DNA of 64,000 nucleotides, taken from NCBI GenBank assembly GCA_964252035.1, contig OZ176207.1, one strand, 5' to 3'. The notes below the pieces were generated by a model, which worked only from the letters and a program-made list of their open reading frames with translations, did no database searches and had not been told where the DNA came from. The position numbers were made by a program, and so were the translations under genes. This DNA is from Podarcis erhardii (taxonomy: Eukaryota). Shown piece after piece: positions 38,554-51,099 of this stretch (the first letter of the stretch is position 1; every line of letters begins with the position of its first letter).

Positions 38554-38767
38554 AGACGGTTAGCTCAGTTGGATAGAGTGTGGTGCAAGGTTGCAGGTTC
38601 ATTCCCCCCATATGGGATAGCTGCAAATTCCTGCATTGCAGGAGATGATGATGATGATGATGATTATTAATTGAAATTATTATTTATACTTGGAGGTCTC
38701 AGGACAGTCTCAGGTTGGACTAGATGATCCTCAGGGTCCCTTCCAACTCTAAATTCTATGATTCTGT
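38554..38767 (+). mobile_element. tRNA(Ile)-headed SINE with CR1-type tail, interrupted by a ~65-bp insert
   Basis: ggttagctcagttggatagagtgtggtgc head; ggttggactagatgatcctcagggtcccttccaactct..ctatgattct tail; (GAT)n-led insert at about 38643-38709. Confidence 0.75.
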
Positions 38768-38908
38768 GTGCAGGCCTTTTAGCAGCATAATGAGGCAAAG
38801 GCAAGGGATTGGCAGCGCACTAGGTATATTCACAGACATGGTCTCCCTTCTACTCAGGAAAAAACATTCAGAAATCAGTAGAAGAGCATTTGGGTATTTG
38901 GCTGATAA

Positions 38909-40428
38909 CACTGGTCAACAACAAATTTGTTGTCTGCGTTTTTTCAGTTGATTTAGGACGAATCTGATGCGCTGAATCCAAAAATCACATTGGTTTTGCT
39001 CAATCAGGTCAAGTTTTTGAGCTATGGCCACATGTCATTTTTTACGTTTTTGTTCACATGTACGCTTGTGTGGAGCATTTTAGAAGAAGTTGGTGGGGGT
39101 AAAATGCCATGTTGAATAATTGTTTTGATTGGAAATGATTATTTTAATGACAAGAAGTATTCAGGTCCGATAGTTCTGGGTGATTATGTCGAAAAGGGAT
39201 CAGTTTGAAGTCATAAAACCTCCGTTTTTTCTCGGAAGAGAAGGACTTGGTGTACTGTGCAGATATTGCATGGCTTCTGCTCAAGCTTGGAGTGCCACAG
39301 TACGAACCCAAAGATTGGAGACTGTTCATTGACAGCAGCAAGCGATCACTGAAATGTGTTCTGCTACACAACGGCAACCAGTTTGCCTCTATACCCCTGG
39401 CTCACTCGACTACACTGAAGGAGAACTATGAGTGGTGAAGTATGTGCTGGAGAAAATTGGTTATGATCAGCATAAGTGGTTTATTTGTGTTGACCTGAAG
39501 ATGGTGAACTTTTTGTTGGGACAACAGTCTGGGTTCACCAAGTACCCATGTTTTCTGTGCATGTGGGATAGTAGGGATCGTGCTCAGCATTACACGAAGA
39601 AGGACTGGCCTGTGCGGGAGGAATTGGTGCCTTGCAAAAAAAGGAACGTCATCAACGACCCTCTGGGGGACAGAGACAGAATACTCTTCCCACCACTGCA
39701 CATCAAGCTTGGCTTAATCAAGCAGTTCACCAAGGCTCTGGACAAGGATGGTGACTGCTTCACTTACTTGTGCCAGGCTTTTCCAGGATTGACCATGGAG
39801 AAGTTGAAAGCTGGCATCTTTGACGGTCCTCAGATCCGTCAGCTCATCAGAGATCCAGAGTTCGGAAAGTCAGTAAACGAAGTGGAACTGGAAGTGTGGA
39901 AGGCATTTGTTCTGGTAGTGAAGAACTTTCTTGGCAACAATAAGGCCAGAAACTACGCAGAACTTGTCAACAACATGCTGACTGCTTTCAGAAACCTGGG
40001 CTGCAACATGAGCATCAAGATGCACTACCTATTTTCACATATGGACCGGTTTCCTGAGAACCTGGGTTCAATGAGTGACGAGCAGGGGGAGAGATTCCAT
40101 CAGGACATGGAAGAGATGGAGACCAGGTATCAGGGTCGCTGGGACGCAGTCATGATGGCTGACTACTGTTGGACTCTGAAGAGAGACCTCCCTGCCACTG
40201 AGCATTCCAGGAGTTCCAAGAAATGGAAGTTCAAGCCCTGAAGTTTGAAAAATGGTGAAGCAACATGCAATTTACGTGTACTTACCTTTATCAATGCCCA
40301 CCATTCAGTTTACAGTAAACCTGACCTGATGGAGAGATGCCATTTCCTGATTCAGCAGTGCAAAAATACCCTAAATCAGTTGTAGAAATCTAGACAACAT
40401 TCAAAAAGTAAAAAATTGTTGCCCAGTG
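38909..40428 (+). mobile_element. Chapaev3-type (CMC superfamily) DNA transposon, internally deleted, 1520 bp
   Basis: TIR CACTGG(T/G)CAACAA at both ends; 3-bp TSD TAA (38906-38908, 40429-40431); imperfect subterminal inverted repeats (about 38945-39017 vs 40316-40385); transposase remnant inside. Confidence 0.85.
39220..40241 (+). pseudogene. Chapaev3-like transposase, C-terminal part; N-terminus missing and one -1 frameshift near 39431
   Basis: LRFFSEEKDLVYCADIA..WRLFIDSSKRSLKCVLLHNGN..KENYE / VKYVLEKI..ICVDLKMVNFLLGQQSGFTKYPCFLCMWDSR..PPLHIKLG..SDEQGERFHQD..MMADYCW..KFKP*. Confidence 0.85.
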
Positions 40429-41180
40429 TAATCAGATGAAGAACTTATGAAGGGTTTCCACTGATCTGTTCCCACCTCCATTTTCATAGTGTTTCCAGAA
40501 GGTGTACAAGCATGGACCCTCAAAGAGGACTGTTTCACAAAACTATACATTTTCACAGAGATGGGATTTCATAATTGTGTGCTGCAGCCACCTCTGTTGT
40601 TCATCTGGTACATTTTGAATTGGCCTGGCCTCCAACAAGCACATTTTTAAGAATTTGGAGATTGGGGTGGAGGTTTAGACCACTGATTTTCATAGTTGAG
40701 CGGGAATTTGAACTTGGGTTTCACCGGACATCTAAGCCCCATGCTGCAGCCTGCCCAACACTGACTTTCTCAAAATCATAGGAATGCTATGAATGGATGT
40801 ATTGCAAAATTGCCTCCTGGATAATCATAGAGATTCTGGTGAATAAGGAGGAGGAGGTGGTCCCTAAGATACCCGTTAGCTATAACAAGGCAGCCATTTG
40901 AAAACCTTTCTCTCCCTGCTCCCTTCTTCCTTTTCATTTTCTAAGGAAGGCTTTGCTTCTTTGGCCTTCAGGAAATGGGAGGTGGGGTGGGCAGGACTGT
41001 CAACGGTATCTGGACAGCTTTTGGTGTGGGAGACAAAAGTTATTTCAAAAACTACCCTCCTAGACACTCCTTACAGTCTCTTAAAGTAGCTTTTCAAAAC
41101 ATCTCACTATTTTACATTTGCAAACGTATGGGGGGAATGTTCAAATGCAGCAGCTGAACTATTAGCTTCCCTGTTGATTA

Positions 41181-41525
41181 GGGATGCGGGTGGCGCTGTG
41201 GGTTAAACCACAGAGCCTAGGACTTGCCGATCAGAAGGTCAGCGGTTCGAATCGCCACGACGGGGTGAGCTGGGTCCCTGCTCCTGCCAACCTAGCAGTT
41301 AGAAAGCGTGTCAAAGTGCAAGTAGACAAATAGGTACCGCTCCGGTGGTAAGGTAAACAGCGTTTCTGTGCGCTGCTCTGGTTCGCCAGAAGCGGCTTAG
41401 TCATGCTGGCCACATGACCTGGAAGCTGTACGCCGGTTCCCTTGGCCAGTAAAGCGAGATGAGCGCCGCAACCCCAGAGTCAGTCGCGACTGGACCTAAT
41501 GGTCAGGGGTCCCTTTACCTTTACC
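41181..41525 (+). mobile_element. Full-length Sauria SINE, young
   Basis: GGGATGCGGGTGGCGCTGTGGGTTAAACC head to CCCTTTACCTTTACC tail; perfect 13-bp TSD tccctgttgatta (41168-41180, 41526-41538). Confidence 0.95.
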
Positions 41526-42974
41526 TCCCTGTTGATTACAGACAGAGAAACAGCTTTTCTCATCCATGTTGGCTTTGACTCTCCCATTCCTTTATTTAGC
41601 CTCTTTACTTATCCCAGTTAAACTATTTGGACTGAAAATCACACCCATCCGTGCCCCCATATCCCCACAGGGAAGGGATAACCAGAGCTGGCCTATGGAG
41701 GTGGGGTGCGGCTATAGACCAGGGGCTTCACCACCAGCCCTGGTGGTGCTATTTCCCTCGTCTAAATTGCCTCTTGGAGCTGCTGTTTGCCCTTCAGAGG
41801 AAAACTTGGATTGGGTTTTTTTTTTGCAAAACCTTATTCTGGCCACTTCTTCTATGTCCGCTAGATGGAGCTCTAACTCCCCGGATTAGAACAGCACGTT
41901 TCACACTTAACTGCGAAACAGTCAGATGCTGCAAAAAACAAAAAACTAAAACCGGGGACAGCAGGACTTGACATTTCTATAGGGAGCAAAAGAACCATCA
42001 CAACGGACGGGAAGAACAAGGCACCCCTGGGTGGCACACATCTTTATGGGGGAGCAGGAGACAGTTATGTTGCAAAAGGTTCTGTGACTCAAGAGCAAGC
42101 CACCTCTTCCTCTTTCCTTTCCTTTTCTGGGCTGTGAGTCATCTGGCTGCCTGTTTTGTTCTCGACAAGGCAGCCTGCTGATCTTGTGTGCATCTTGACT
42201 CAAGACAAGTCTCAGCCTCAGGAGGATCAGGGACTACAGCTTTTTTGGAAAAAGGAGGAACAGCGAGCAATTTCCATAAGAAACAGAGTCACGGGCATCA
42301 TGGGGTGAGAGTGACTGAGCTGGCAGAGAGCAGCAGCAGCAGCTCAATTCCTCATCAAGGCCTGGACCCCCAGAGGCACTTTGCCATTTTCATATTTAAA
42401 GTGCAATCCGGTGGTCTCTAGCATCTCAGAGGCCGCAGAATAGATTGGGTTTATCCCACTGACATCAGAGGAGGAGATCCAGTTTTGGAACCTACTTTTC
42501 TGACTCCATTAGCTCCTCCAAAAGCCTGACCCAAACAACATTAGATCTTTGATGGCAGAATTGCCAAAAGGGGGACATGTGGGGGTGGGGGTGTCATGAA
42601 GTGGCTGTGATCCAAAGGATCCTAAGCCCTCCTGGTCGCCTGTCACACACCCCAAACTGGGATTTGGTGTTTTCCTTTGAAAATTGCATGGCAAAATAAA
42701 ATAGAGGCTAAAGACCTGTTCCACCCATGTCGGTCCTTTCCCCCTGAACGTTTTGTGACTGGCACCAATTGGGTAGAATGGTTCCCTGTTTCAGCATGGC
42801 CTTTGAGCTGATGCAGGGAGACATATTAAAGTTCTGTTAAAGCCATGGCGGGCCATTTGCACATGCAAGGTATCACCTGATGTTGCAGTCTTCAAGTGAT
42901 TAACATGCATTCAGGGTCAGGTTTTGGTGATACTCTTCATCTAGGTACCTTCTATCGCTGTTCAGCGTTTGCTA

Positions 42975-43260
42975 TTTCTTTTTCTTTCTTTTTTGTAAAT
43001 AATTTTTATTCTTTTTCAATAAAATCCTCCAATTAATGACAAATCCAATCAAATCATTCCAAATTACAACAACAATAATAATACCAATTATATACCCCAA
43101 TTATAAAAAATTTCAAAAGGGGACTCCCCATGTCCCAGATGTCTTGAGATTTTTGCCCTCATTACAGTCTCTGTGTTCTATTGCTATTGTTCAGTTCATA
43201 ACTCTGATAGTTTGCTATTTCAATCATTTCAACAGTTTCCTAAATTTGGGTGACTGGAAG
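42975..43260 (-). mobile_element. Probable L1 3' end fragment
   Basis: T-rich tail, then taatttttattc..gactcccc pattern typical of squamate L1 3' UTRs in reverse. Confidence 0.35.
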
Positions 43261-43699
43261 TAATACTGTTACTGTGGTCCAAAGAGTGCTCAGATCAGAT
43301 TTCAATTATCAGTGCACTCAGGATAGTCACCTCTATGGGATTATTACATATATATATATAAACTGGCAAACCCATAAATATACTTGAAACTAACAGAGCT
43401 GTTGCTCCTCTATCAGTGCCAGGCCTCACTGTTTTCCTGCAATACTTTATTATTTGTAGTAGAATGCAATCTTGTCACAGACTATTTCACTTTAGTGCTG
43501 TACAGAACACTTGTTCTGTATTTTCTCCCTAACCACCCCACCATCCAATAAGAAAGCACATTTTAAAACGATCCAGCACATCAAAAATTTTTTATCAAAA
43601 ACATCAACCCAAAAGCAATCAAAAATAAATCCACACGTAAAAGATGCTTGAGAACAATTCCATATATGAAAGCAATTTCACATGGAAAAACACATGGAA

Positions 43700-44200
43700 A
43701 ATCGAGTACAGATACGGACTTGGACAAATATTTCCACTTAAAGGGCTTTTTGAAAGAGGAAGGTCTTCAACAGGCGCCCAAAAGTGCATGAGACATAAAT
43801 TGGATTATGGAAACCAAACATAAGGAGAATGAGGCATAAGATTCCTAAACAGGATGCCCATTATGAAGATGCTCCCCATCTTATGTGATGCAGCTCTTAG
43901 CTTGCCACGCATTATCCTTGCGTAGACCTTCCTGTCTTTCTATCAGAATTTTTCCATCCTGTTTTCCTGTTTTATCAGTGGTATGCCAGGAGGGGGAGCG
44001 GTATACCAAGAAATGAATTACATTGAGCAGTTTGGAAAAACCTACCAGATACTGAAGATACTTTTTGAAATCGCACATATACCACCCAATACAGCCAATT
44101 CCATTAGGTTGCAATTTGATGCACATTTGGCTAAAAAGTAGCCTGGGAGAACACATTAGGACTTCTAAGTAAATGTGCTGCTCTGTTAAACATGGAATTT
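43700..44200 (-). mobile_element. Diverged L2 LINE fragment
   Basis: gaaagaggaaggtcttcaacaggcgcc motif of the L2 3' region read in reverse. Confidence 0.4.
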
Positions 44201-44754
44201 TGCTCACATCATCTCGGTCACTTGTTCAAGCAGAAACGATCCCTGGCATCATAGCTGTATCAGCTTAACTCTTGTTACTTTTTCATATTTATTTTCCAAA
44301 TTAGTTTCATCATTGCTTTGTTCTTGTAAGCAGAGACCCATGCGAGAGTGTTCTCATGGAACCTACAAAGGGGAACGTGAGCTTAACCAAGACACCAAAG
44401 CCTGGCTTAGTGGTTTCTGATGCCCTTTGTAGCAAATGGGCTACAATCTGAAACATAGGACTCAGCTATACAGCTTCAAATAAAACGTTTTAAAGTGTGT
44501 TTTAAGTGCAATATACAATGTGACACTAGATGGCCATGGTGAGCCTTATGGAAAAGTCAATGTATTCTTTAAAATGCTTTTTTAAAAAGCATTTTCAGAA
44601 CTTTTTTTGGGGGGTGTAGATTCCACCATAGTTATGGGGAGAAGGCAATGAGTGCCTCTTTGCATCAGGCAAAAGAGTCATCAGTGGTTGCAGGCAGATT
44701 TGAGCCAGTCCAACAAAATCCCCAAATGCACCCAACTTTATCCTCTCACAGGTT

Positions 44755-44786
44755 CATCATCATCATCATCATCATCATCACCATCA
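44755..44786. repeat. (CAT)n microsatellite (tail of a minus-strand L2 3' end)
   Basis: About 9 CAT units preceding tttaatttgtata|ccatct..cccaaggcggtttacaa. Confidence 0.8.
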
Positions 44787-44801
44787 CTTTTAATTTGTAT
44801 A

Positions 44802-45151
44802 AAGGTAAAGGGACCCCTGACCATTAGGTCCAGTCGTGACCGACTCTGGGGTTGCGGCGCTCATCTCACTTTATTGGCCGAGGGAGCTGGCATACAGCTT
44901 CCGGGTCATGTGGCCAGCATGACTAAGCCGCTTCTGTCGAACCAGAGCAACGTATGGAAATGCCGTTTACCTTCCCGCAGGAGGGGTACCTATTTATCTA
45001 CTTGCACTTTGACGTGCTTTCGAACTGCTAGGTTGGCAGGAGCTGGGACCGAGCAATGGGAGCTCACCCTGTCACAGGGATTCGAACCGCCGACCTTCTG
45101 ATCAGCAAGTCCTAGGCTCTGTGGTTTAACCCACAGCGCCACCTGCGTCCC
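44802..45151 (-). mobile_element. Full-length Sauria SINE, young
   Basis: Near-consensus reverse copy; perfect 13-bp TSD tttaatttgtata (44789-44801, 45152-45164). Confidence 0.95.
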
Positions 45152-45488
45152 TTTAATTTGTATACCATCTTTCTATTTTACAATACCCAAGGCGGTTTAC
45201 AAACTCAAGAATAAAAAATGTACACCTTATAACACTCTAATCCAATACAAAAATATGATAATAAAACACACCTTTAAAATAAGCAACTTATATAAAATAA
45301 AGTAATACTCATAGAATAGTAGGTTCACTCCTGTGGGGAAATCAAAGCACTAAGGGACACTATTGTAGTGGAGATAAAAACTGTTACCCGTTCCTGACAT
45401 AGGATTATTTCACCTTCACTGACAGGGATCCCAAGGAGAGTGCAGTGTGTTATCTCACACACCATAACACAAAAAGACACCTGCAGAG

Positions 45489-45680
45489 AGGAAGAGCCAC
45501 AGCTCATTGGCAGAGCACCTGCGTTGCATGCCAAAGGTCTCAGGTTCAATCCCAGGCATCTCCAGGTAAGGATGGAAAAGATTCCCTATCTGAAACGCTG
45601 GAAAACAGCTGACAGTCAGTCTAGACAATACTGGGCTTAAGATGGGCCAACGGTCTGGTTGAACAGAAAGCTTGTTCCTG
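45489..45680 (+). mobile_element. Squam3-type (Ther1/MIR-derived) SINE
   Basis: agctcattggcagagcacctgcgttgcatgccaaaggtctcaggttcaatcccaggcatctccagg head; cagtctagacaatactgggct tail. Confidence 0.75.
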
Positions 45681-48600
45681 GGCAATGCATGGACCTTCCC
45701 CTTCTCACAATGACCGCTTTTCTGTAGTCCTTAATGATAAAGATATGTCTGCACTACGAAATGGATGGCTGATATACTAGGGCAGTTGTTCCATAATCAA
45801 AGCCTGGTGGACAAGGTGGATAATGAGGAAGTTGTTGGGGAAAATATGTGCACGGGAGTAGTTCAACTGGGCAGAGAGTTTAGATTATTATTATTATTAT
45901 TATTGATGGATGAGTCAAGCCTAAATATTGGTTTGTAAGTTACTGTGCACACTATCCAGTTTATGGTGTTTTTCCCCCCTGCACAAACCTAGCAGTGCAA
46001 TCCTATCCATATCTTACTCAGAAGTAAGTCCTATGGAGGTCAGTGGGGCTTGGTTTCAGAGAAGTGTGCATAAAAATTGCAGCCTAAATAAGGTGTTTTC
46101 ATGTATGAGGATGGATGCCCCACTCATATAAATGGAGCTTGTTCAAGAAGTGGATTGTGACTCATAGTGTGTGATATATATATGGATAGAGAAGTAAAAT
46201 CTGTGTCATTTCAGCACATACCCCTGACTCTCTTGTTGATCCTTACTCACTGCAGTGACCATTTCGGCCACAGCATCACACTGCCAAAATTTTAAGATTT
46301 TTGGAGTGGCTGGTGGAACAGCCTTTCTGCCAGCTTCCCAACAGTCATGGATTCCTTTTTTCAGATCATCCTTCTATCACCAAGGCTATTTGATACTGGG
46401 TGCTTGCCAAGGCAACTCAGCTTCTGAGTGCAGAACTTATACTGCAGATCCACAAAGCACAGGCACAGGGGGCTTGGCTTGCAAACTTTATTCAGAATCC
46501 AACTTTATTTTTTTAAAAAATCTCACTTAAAAAAAGGAAAGAAAATACTTGTTTTTACATAGGCAACATAGCCATCAGAATCCCTGGGTTTCTGAACAGC
46601 AACCTGGACTCTGCTTATTACTCTTGACTCAGATAGGAGCAGCCAATCTGAGGAGGAGGCAGAGGTGTTGAAAACTGAGCCCGGGCCTTAGCGACATGAA
46701 CTGAGCCAGAGTTTGCTGGATCAGGTGACCTTGAGCTTGATCAATGACGACGGTCTCAGTTTGGATCTCCAGAACCCAAATGCTCCTGGCCTGAGCCTCT
46801 CTCAAGAACTTTTCCGCTTCACATCAGTAGCCCACATCCGCCATGTTAGGTTATCAGTGCAGACAATGAGCCTGGTGGAAATTGCCCAGGAAGAAGGCAC
46901 AGCTCCAAATATGAGTCCAGCTGCTTTAAGGCCTTCTGCTGCTCCTGGAGACACAAAAGTCTTCAGTCCAGTCATAGACCTTGTTAGAGCAAGTTGCTGC
47001 CATTTGTTAAGGTCCGAACAACAGCCAGAGGAAAGCATTGAGAGACAGGTAGTAACAAGGGTTGCATATTTAGGGGAATAGAACTGCAGATCACAGGAAT
47101 TTTATTTAGAGATCAGGTAGTCATTCAGGAAACAGAAGTACCTTCCCTTGAGCATTTTGCAGGTGCCAGGTGTGCCCCTGTTGGAGTTCTTGCACGTTAA
47201 ATGCTTTTTCTACATTTCTTTTACTTCCTTGATAGTCCTTAGTCTCCACCTTCCCATGAATCTCTCTCTCCCTCTCTCTCATACAGACTCTGTCTCCCAA
47301 ATTCCCTGTGCCTCAGAAGTATTTGATCCTGGACCTTGGAAAGATCAGCCTCTGGCAATGGTCCTCTGTAGTCACAGGCAGCAGAGGTGCAAATGAGATG
47401 AAGCGGTGACAATGTCTGTGGGCAGCAAACTGTCAAGACTGTAGTGGCAGGTGGTTTATGGGCAAGGGGACACAGCTGAGCCCAAAGCTGCGGAGCAGCC
47501 CTGCAGAGGCAGAAGACCTGGGCAGGCAAAGGAATCAGGCAGGCAGGCAGGCGCCTTGGAGAAAGAGAGTCTGCCCGAGGTGATGGGTTGAGTTGCTCAG
47601 ACGAAAGAACAGTAGCAGCTGTCTTGCCAGATTATTAATTTGGCCTGCTCACAGCAGAGCGTCAAAACAGTCTGGTTTTGCTCACAACTCCCAGATGTGA
47701 TTTTGGGGGTGGGGGTGGGGAGGAGAGAACTCCTTCCTGAAACCCCACCCCCACTTTCACTCCCTCTGCTACACTTCAGCAGCACAGTGAATCATGGTGG
47801 CTAGAAAAGGTCCTCCATTGAGCACATCTGCCATATCCCACCATGATTCTCCCCCTCTCCCCCCCCCCCATTCTCACAGCAGGAAATGGTGACTCCCTGC
47901 CAGGTCTCCCTGTTGTTCCTAACACCTGACTTATCTTGCAGGGGTGCAGGTTGCCCTTTCCCCAATACAGTAGACTCTCTTGCAAAGAAGCAAACTGGCC
48001 GAAAACACCACTCTTCCGCTTTTCCCTTTCTGCAGCGTTAGTAGCACAGCTAAAGTAAAGCAAGTTGCAATTCATCTAATGTTCCAAACTGGACTGGAAG
48101 GAGGTCCTCTTTGCTGCTTCAGGAAGGGACACACAGCAAACCATCCCTGGTATGGGCTTTGCTAGTGGGGAGAGATTCCCTTTCCAGACATCTGGTACAC
48201 AGTCACAAATACTCCTAATGATAGGGGGGTGATCAGAAAAGGAATGCATTATAGGCTGAAAAGCTAGCAGAGAGCAGATTCTGGCATTCCCTAGCTTATG
48301 CTCTTCCTTGAGACACGTCGGCTGCATTGAGAACTTCTACCATGCCTTTTGAGTTAGTACTGAATTGTTGCAGACTAACTCATATAGAATAATTGGTCAT
48401 TATTAATTTAGCTTCTGGAGCTAATAGCAGCTTTTGTGGGGGGGGGGGATTTTTGGCAGGACCACCTTGTGAAGGAATGATGAAGTCTCCCTCCCTTCAT
48501 ATGCTATGGTTGCAACCCTGATCACGGATCAACCACAGTCACTAAAGCCACATTAAATGCATTTGCGCAGTGAATGCTAACACCTGTTTTAGTCTAAGCA

Positions 48601-49129
48601 ACTCTAAATCTTTGCGTATTAACATATGGTGTGGTGTGCATGCAGAGACCAACTCCCCCCCCCCCCCCCGGAAAGCCTTGTATATCTAGCAGTCATGAGC
48701 AGCAGGTCTCAGAGGTTTTATAAAAGGAAGAGGAAGTTAGTTGGCTCCCCGTGGCCATAGGCAGGGGTGACTGGCACCCATTGTGATTAGTAGGGCAGAA
48801 AGTAGGCGGAGCCAGAGCTAATGGCAGGCAAAGTCAACTAATTCTGGCTTTGCCCTAATCCACCTCCCTGCTAATTTCTACAAGCAGCAACGGTGAGACG
48901 AAGGAGCCCCTGGGAGACTCGCCCCTAAGAATCTCAGTTCACAGAGTCTGGCACCAAGGCGAGACTTTGTGGGCAGAAATCCAGGGCCCCACTCAGCAGA
49001 ATGAGCAGGAAAACAAGGCAAGGCTGACTTTCCACATGTGGAAGGATGTGAACACATTGTCTGTTGTAAAGCCCCATCTACCCATCTTCATTATTTCTCC
49101 CACCAAAAGTGACCACCTGATCCCTGTTC

Positions 49130-49130
<1 letters not shown>

Positions 49131-49170
<40 letters not shown>
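49131..49170. repeat. (GATA)10 microsatellite
   Basis: 10 perfect units. Confidence 0.95.
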
Positions 49171-49172
<2 letters not shown>

Positions 49173-50297
49173 GGAATCAATATATATATACTATTAATTT
49201 TGTACCATCAGAACTTTGCATTGCAGAATCAACAATAACAAATCAATGATCACGGGTCTCTTGTGGTTCATTTTACAGGGCATGTGGGCAAAGCAATATT
49301 CACACACACAAAAATATTCACATAGGAAGGGACAGACTATCTCACAGGTCCTTCCATAGGTCAGCATGTGAATTAACAACAACAACAAGATTTATATACT
49401 GCCCTTTATCAAAAGACTGCAGGTCAGATCTTTTAAACCTATAGATGAGGAGTTGGAGAACATAAGGAAAGGGAACCACATAGTAGTAAATGCATCAGGC
49501 TGGGCATGGACTTTGTAAATGTTTCCATCAAAGCTGGTGTGCCAAATGCAGCTGTACCATTTAGCAATTGAGAAGTCAGAGGATGTTTTCCAACCACTAG
49601 CTACAGTCATTCTGACTACAGCGAACAAGAGGAGGATAAGGTCCTTGCAACGTAATTTGGGATTAGTAAAGAGGAAGAGCAGAGCAGAGCTGAAAAATGA
49701 GCCTTTGGAACTGCTTGTTCAGTGATTTTTAGAGATACGGTTAAACACAAGATCCTAGAAGTGAGGCATATAGGGACCCCACATGAGAGTAGCGGCTGTA
49801 ACTTCTCCAGCAATTAGGAGATAGGGATGAGCTCATATAGCTTAATTTCTCCAGAATTAAGATGTGCAACCTTGAATGTTGCTTCTCTCAAACTGCAACA
49901 GAGAACACTTTAAAGGGAGTAGAGGTCCACATTAAGTTCCATGCGGAGTCTGAAATGTGTTCCCCAAGATCAGTTTCCCAGACTGCTCAGAGCCTTTGGA
50001 AATTTCCAAATTTCATGTCTAATAAGATGGAATAGATATCAGAAGCTTCCCCTCTCCTAAATACAGTCAGCTGCATGCATTCCTCTTCAAAAAGCCGTCA
50101 GAGATCTATGAAATTTCACAGACCTACCTATTTTTCTGGCACATTCACTTTGCCTGATCCCTTTCTTTGCTTCTTGGCCCCCCGCCTCTCTCTCTCCAAG
50201 GCTTTCGTCTTGCTTCTCCCTGGTATCACTTTCACTTTTCTCCCATTTCTTAACTTCACTTCCAATTGATACACCAGCTTGCTTCAGAACTTCTTGC

Positions 50298-50456
50298 CAG
50301 TGGCGTAGCGTGGGGGGTGCAGGGGGGGCCGGCCGCACCAGGTGCAACATCTGGGGGTTAGGGCAAATCCACAGGTTAGGGGGCACAAATCCACAGGTTA
50401 GGGGGCGCAAATTACTTGCCTTGCCCCGGGTGCTGACAACCCACGCTACGCCACTG
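50298..50456. mobile_element. Young hAT MITE (159 bp)
   Basis: Perfect 17-bp TIR CAGTGGCGTAGCGTGGG; perfect 8-bp TSD cttcttgc (50290-50297, 50457-50464); CpGs intact. Confidence 0.92.
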
Positions 50457-51099
50457 CTTCTTGCATCAGTTGTACTTCTTAAACTGTTTGATGACTGGGT
50501 CCAGTCATCTCTTTAAGAGGGAGAGAGAGAGGGGGGGAAACCATAGTCTAGTGGTGTTATTTTTCTCTAGTATATGCCAAAATACTGAGGAATTCATCCA
50601 GCCATCCAGGCAAGCAATAAGGCTGCAGTCCTAAGCATGATCACTTGAGAGTCAAAGCGATCAAAATCTGTAAGAATTGCTGCAGAAAGACTATGTTTAA
50701 GATGGAAGCACTAAATGGAAATACATCCTGATTTCTCTTTCAGAAATCTAAAATCTTGGACAAAGCTGCCCCATCCCACCAGTTCACTTATACCCCTTCT
50801 GTGCCTTCTCTTTTATTTTTTCTTGTGCTGCTTCTATACATGATAACTTGGGCCTCTCAAGATTTTGACACTTTTGAAAGGCATGCTTTGAGTTGGGGAA
50901 GATGGTGTGCTTGTTTTTTTAAAGTCACTATGTGGTGACTTTAAATGCCAACCAAAAGAAAAAAAATGGGAAAAAATGTCTGCTTTGAGGACTGGCATGA
51001 AACATGACTTATGTATGATGCGCCAAACCAAAGTCACCTAGAACCATAGGGATTTTTTTGGGATGTGTGACCCACCAAGCCAAAGCCACCTAGAACTGA

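Noticed and set aside
38554-38630. tRNA-Ile gene
   Set aside because: The anticodon arm is missing and the sequence runs into a CR1-type tail, so it is a SINE head.
39432-40241. Active or domesticated transposase gene
   Set aside because: The ORF start is a GTG created by a frameshift, the N-terminal region is deleted, and the element retains its TIRs and TSD, as an ordinary insertion would.
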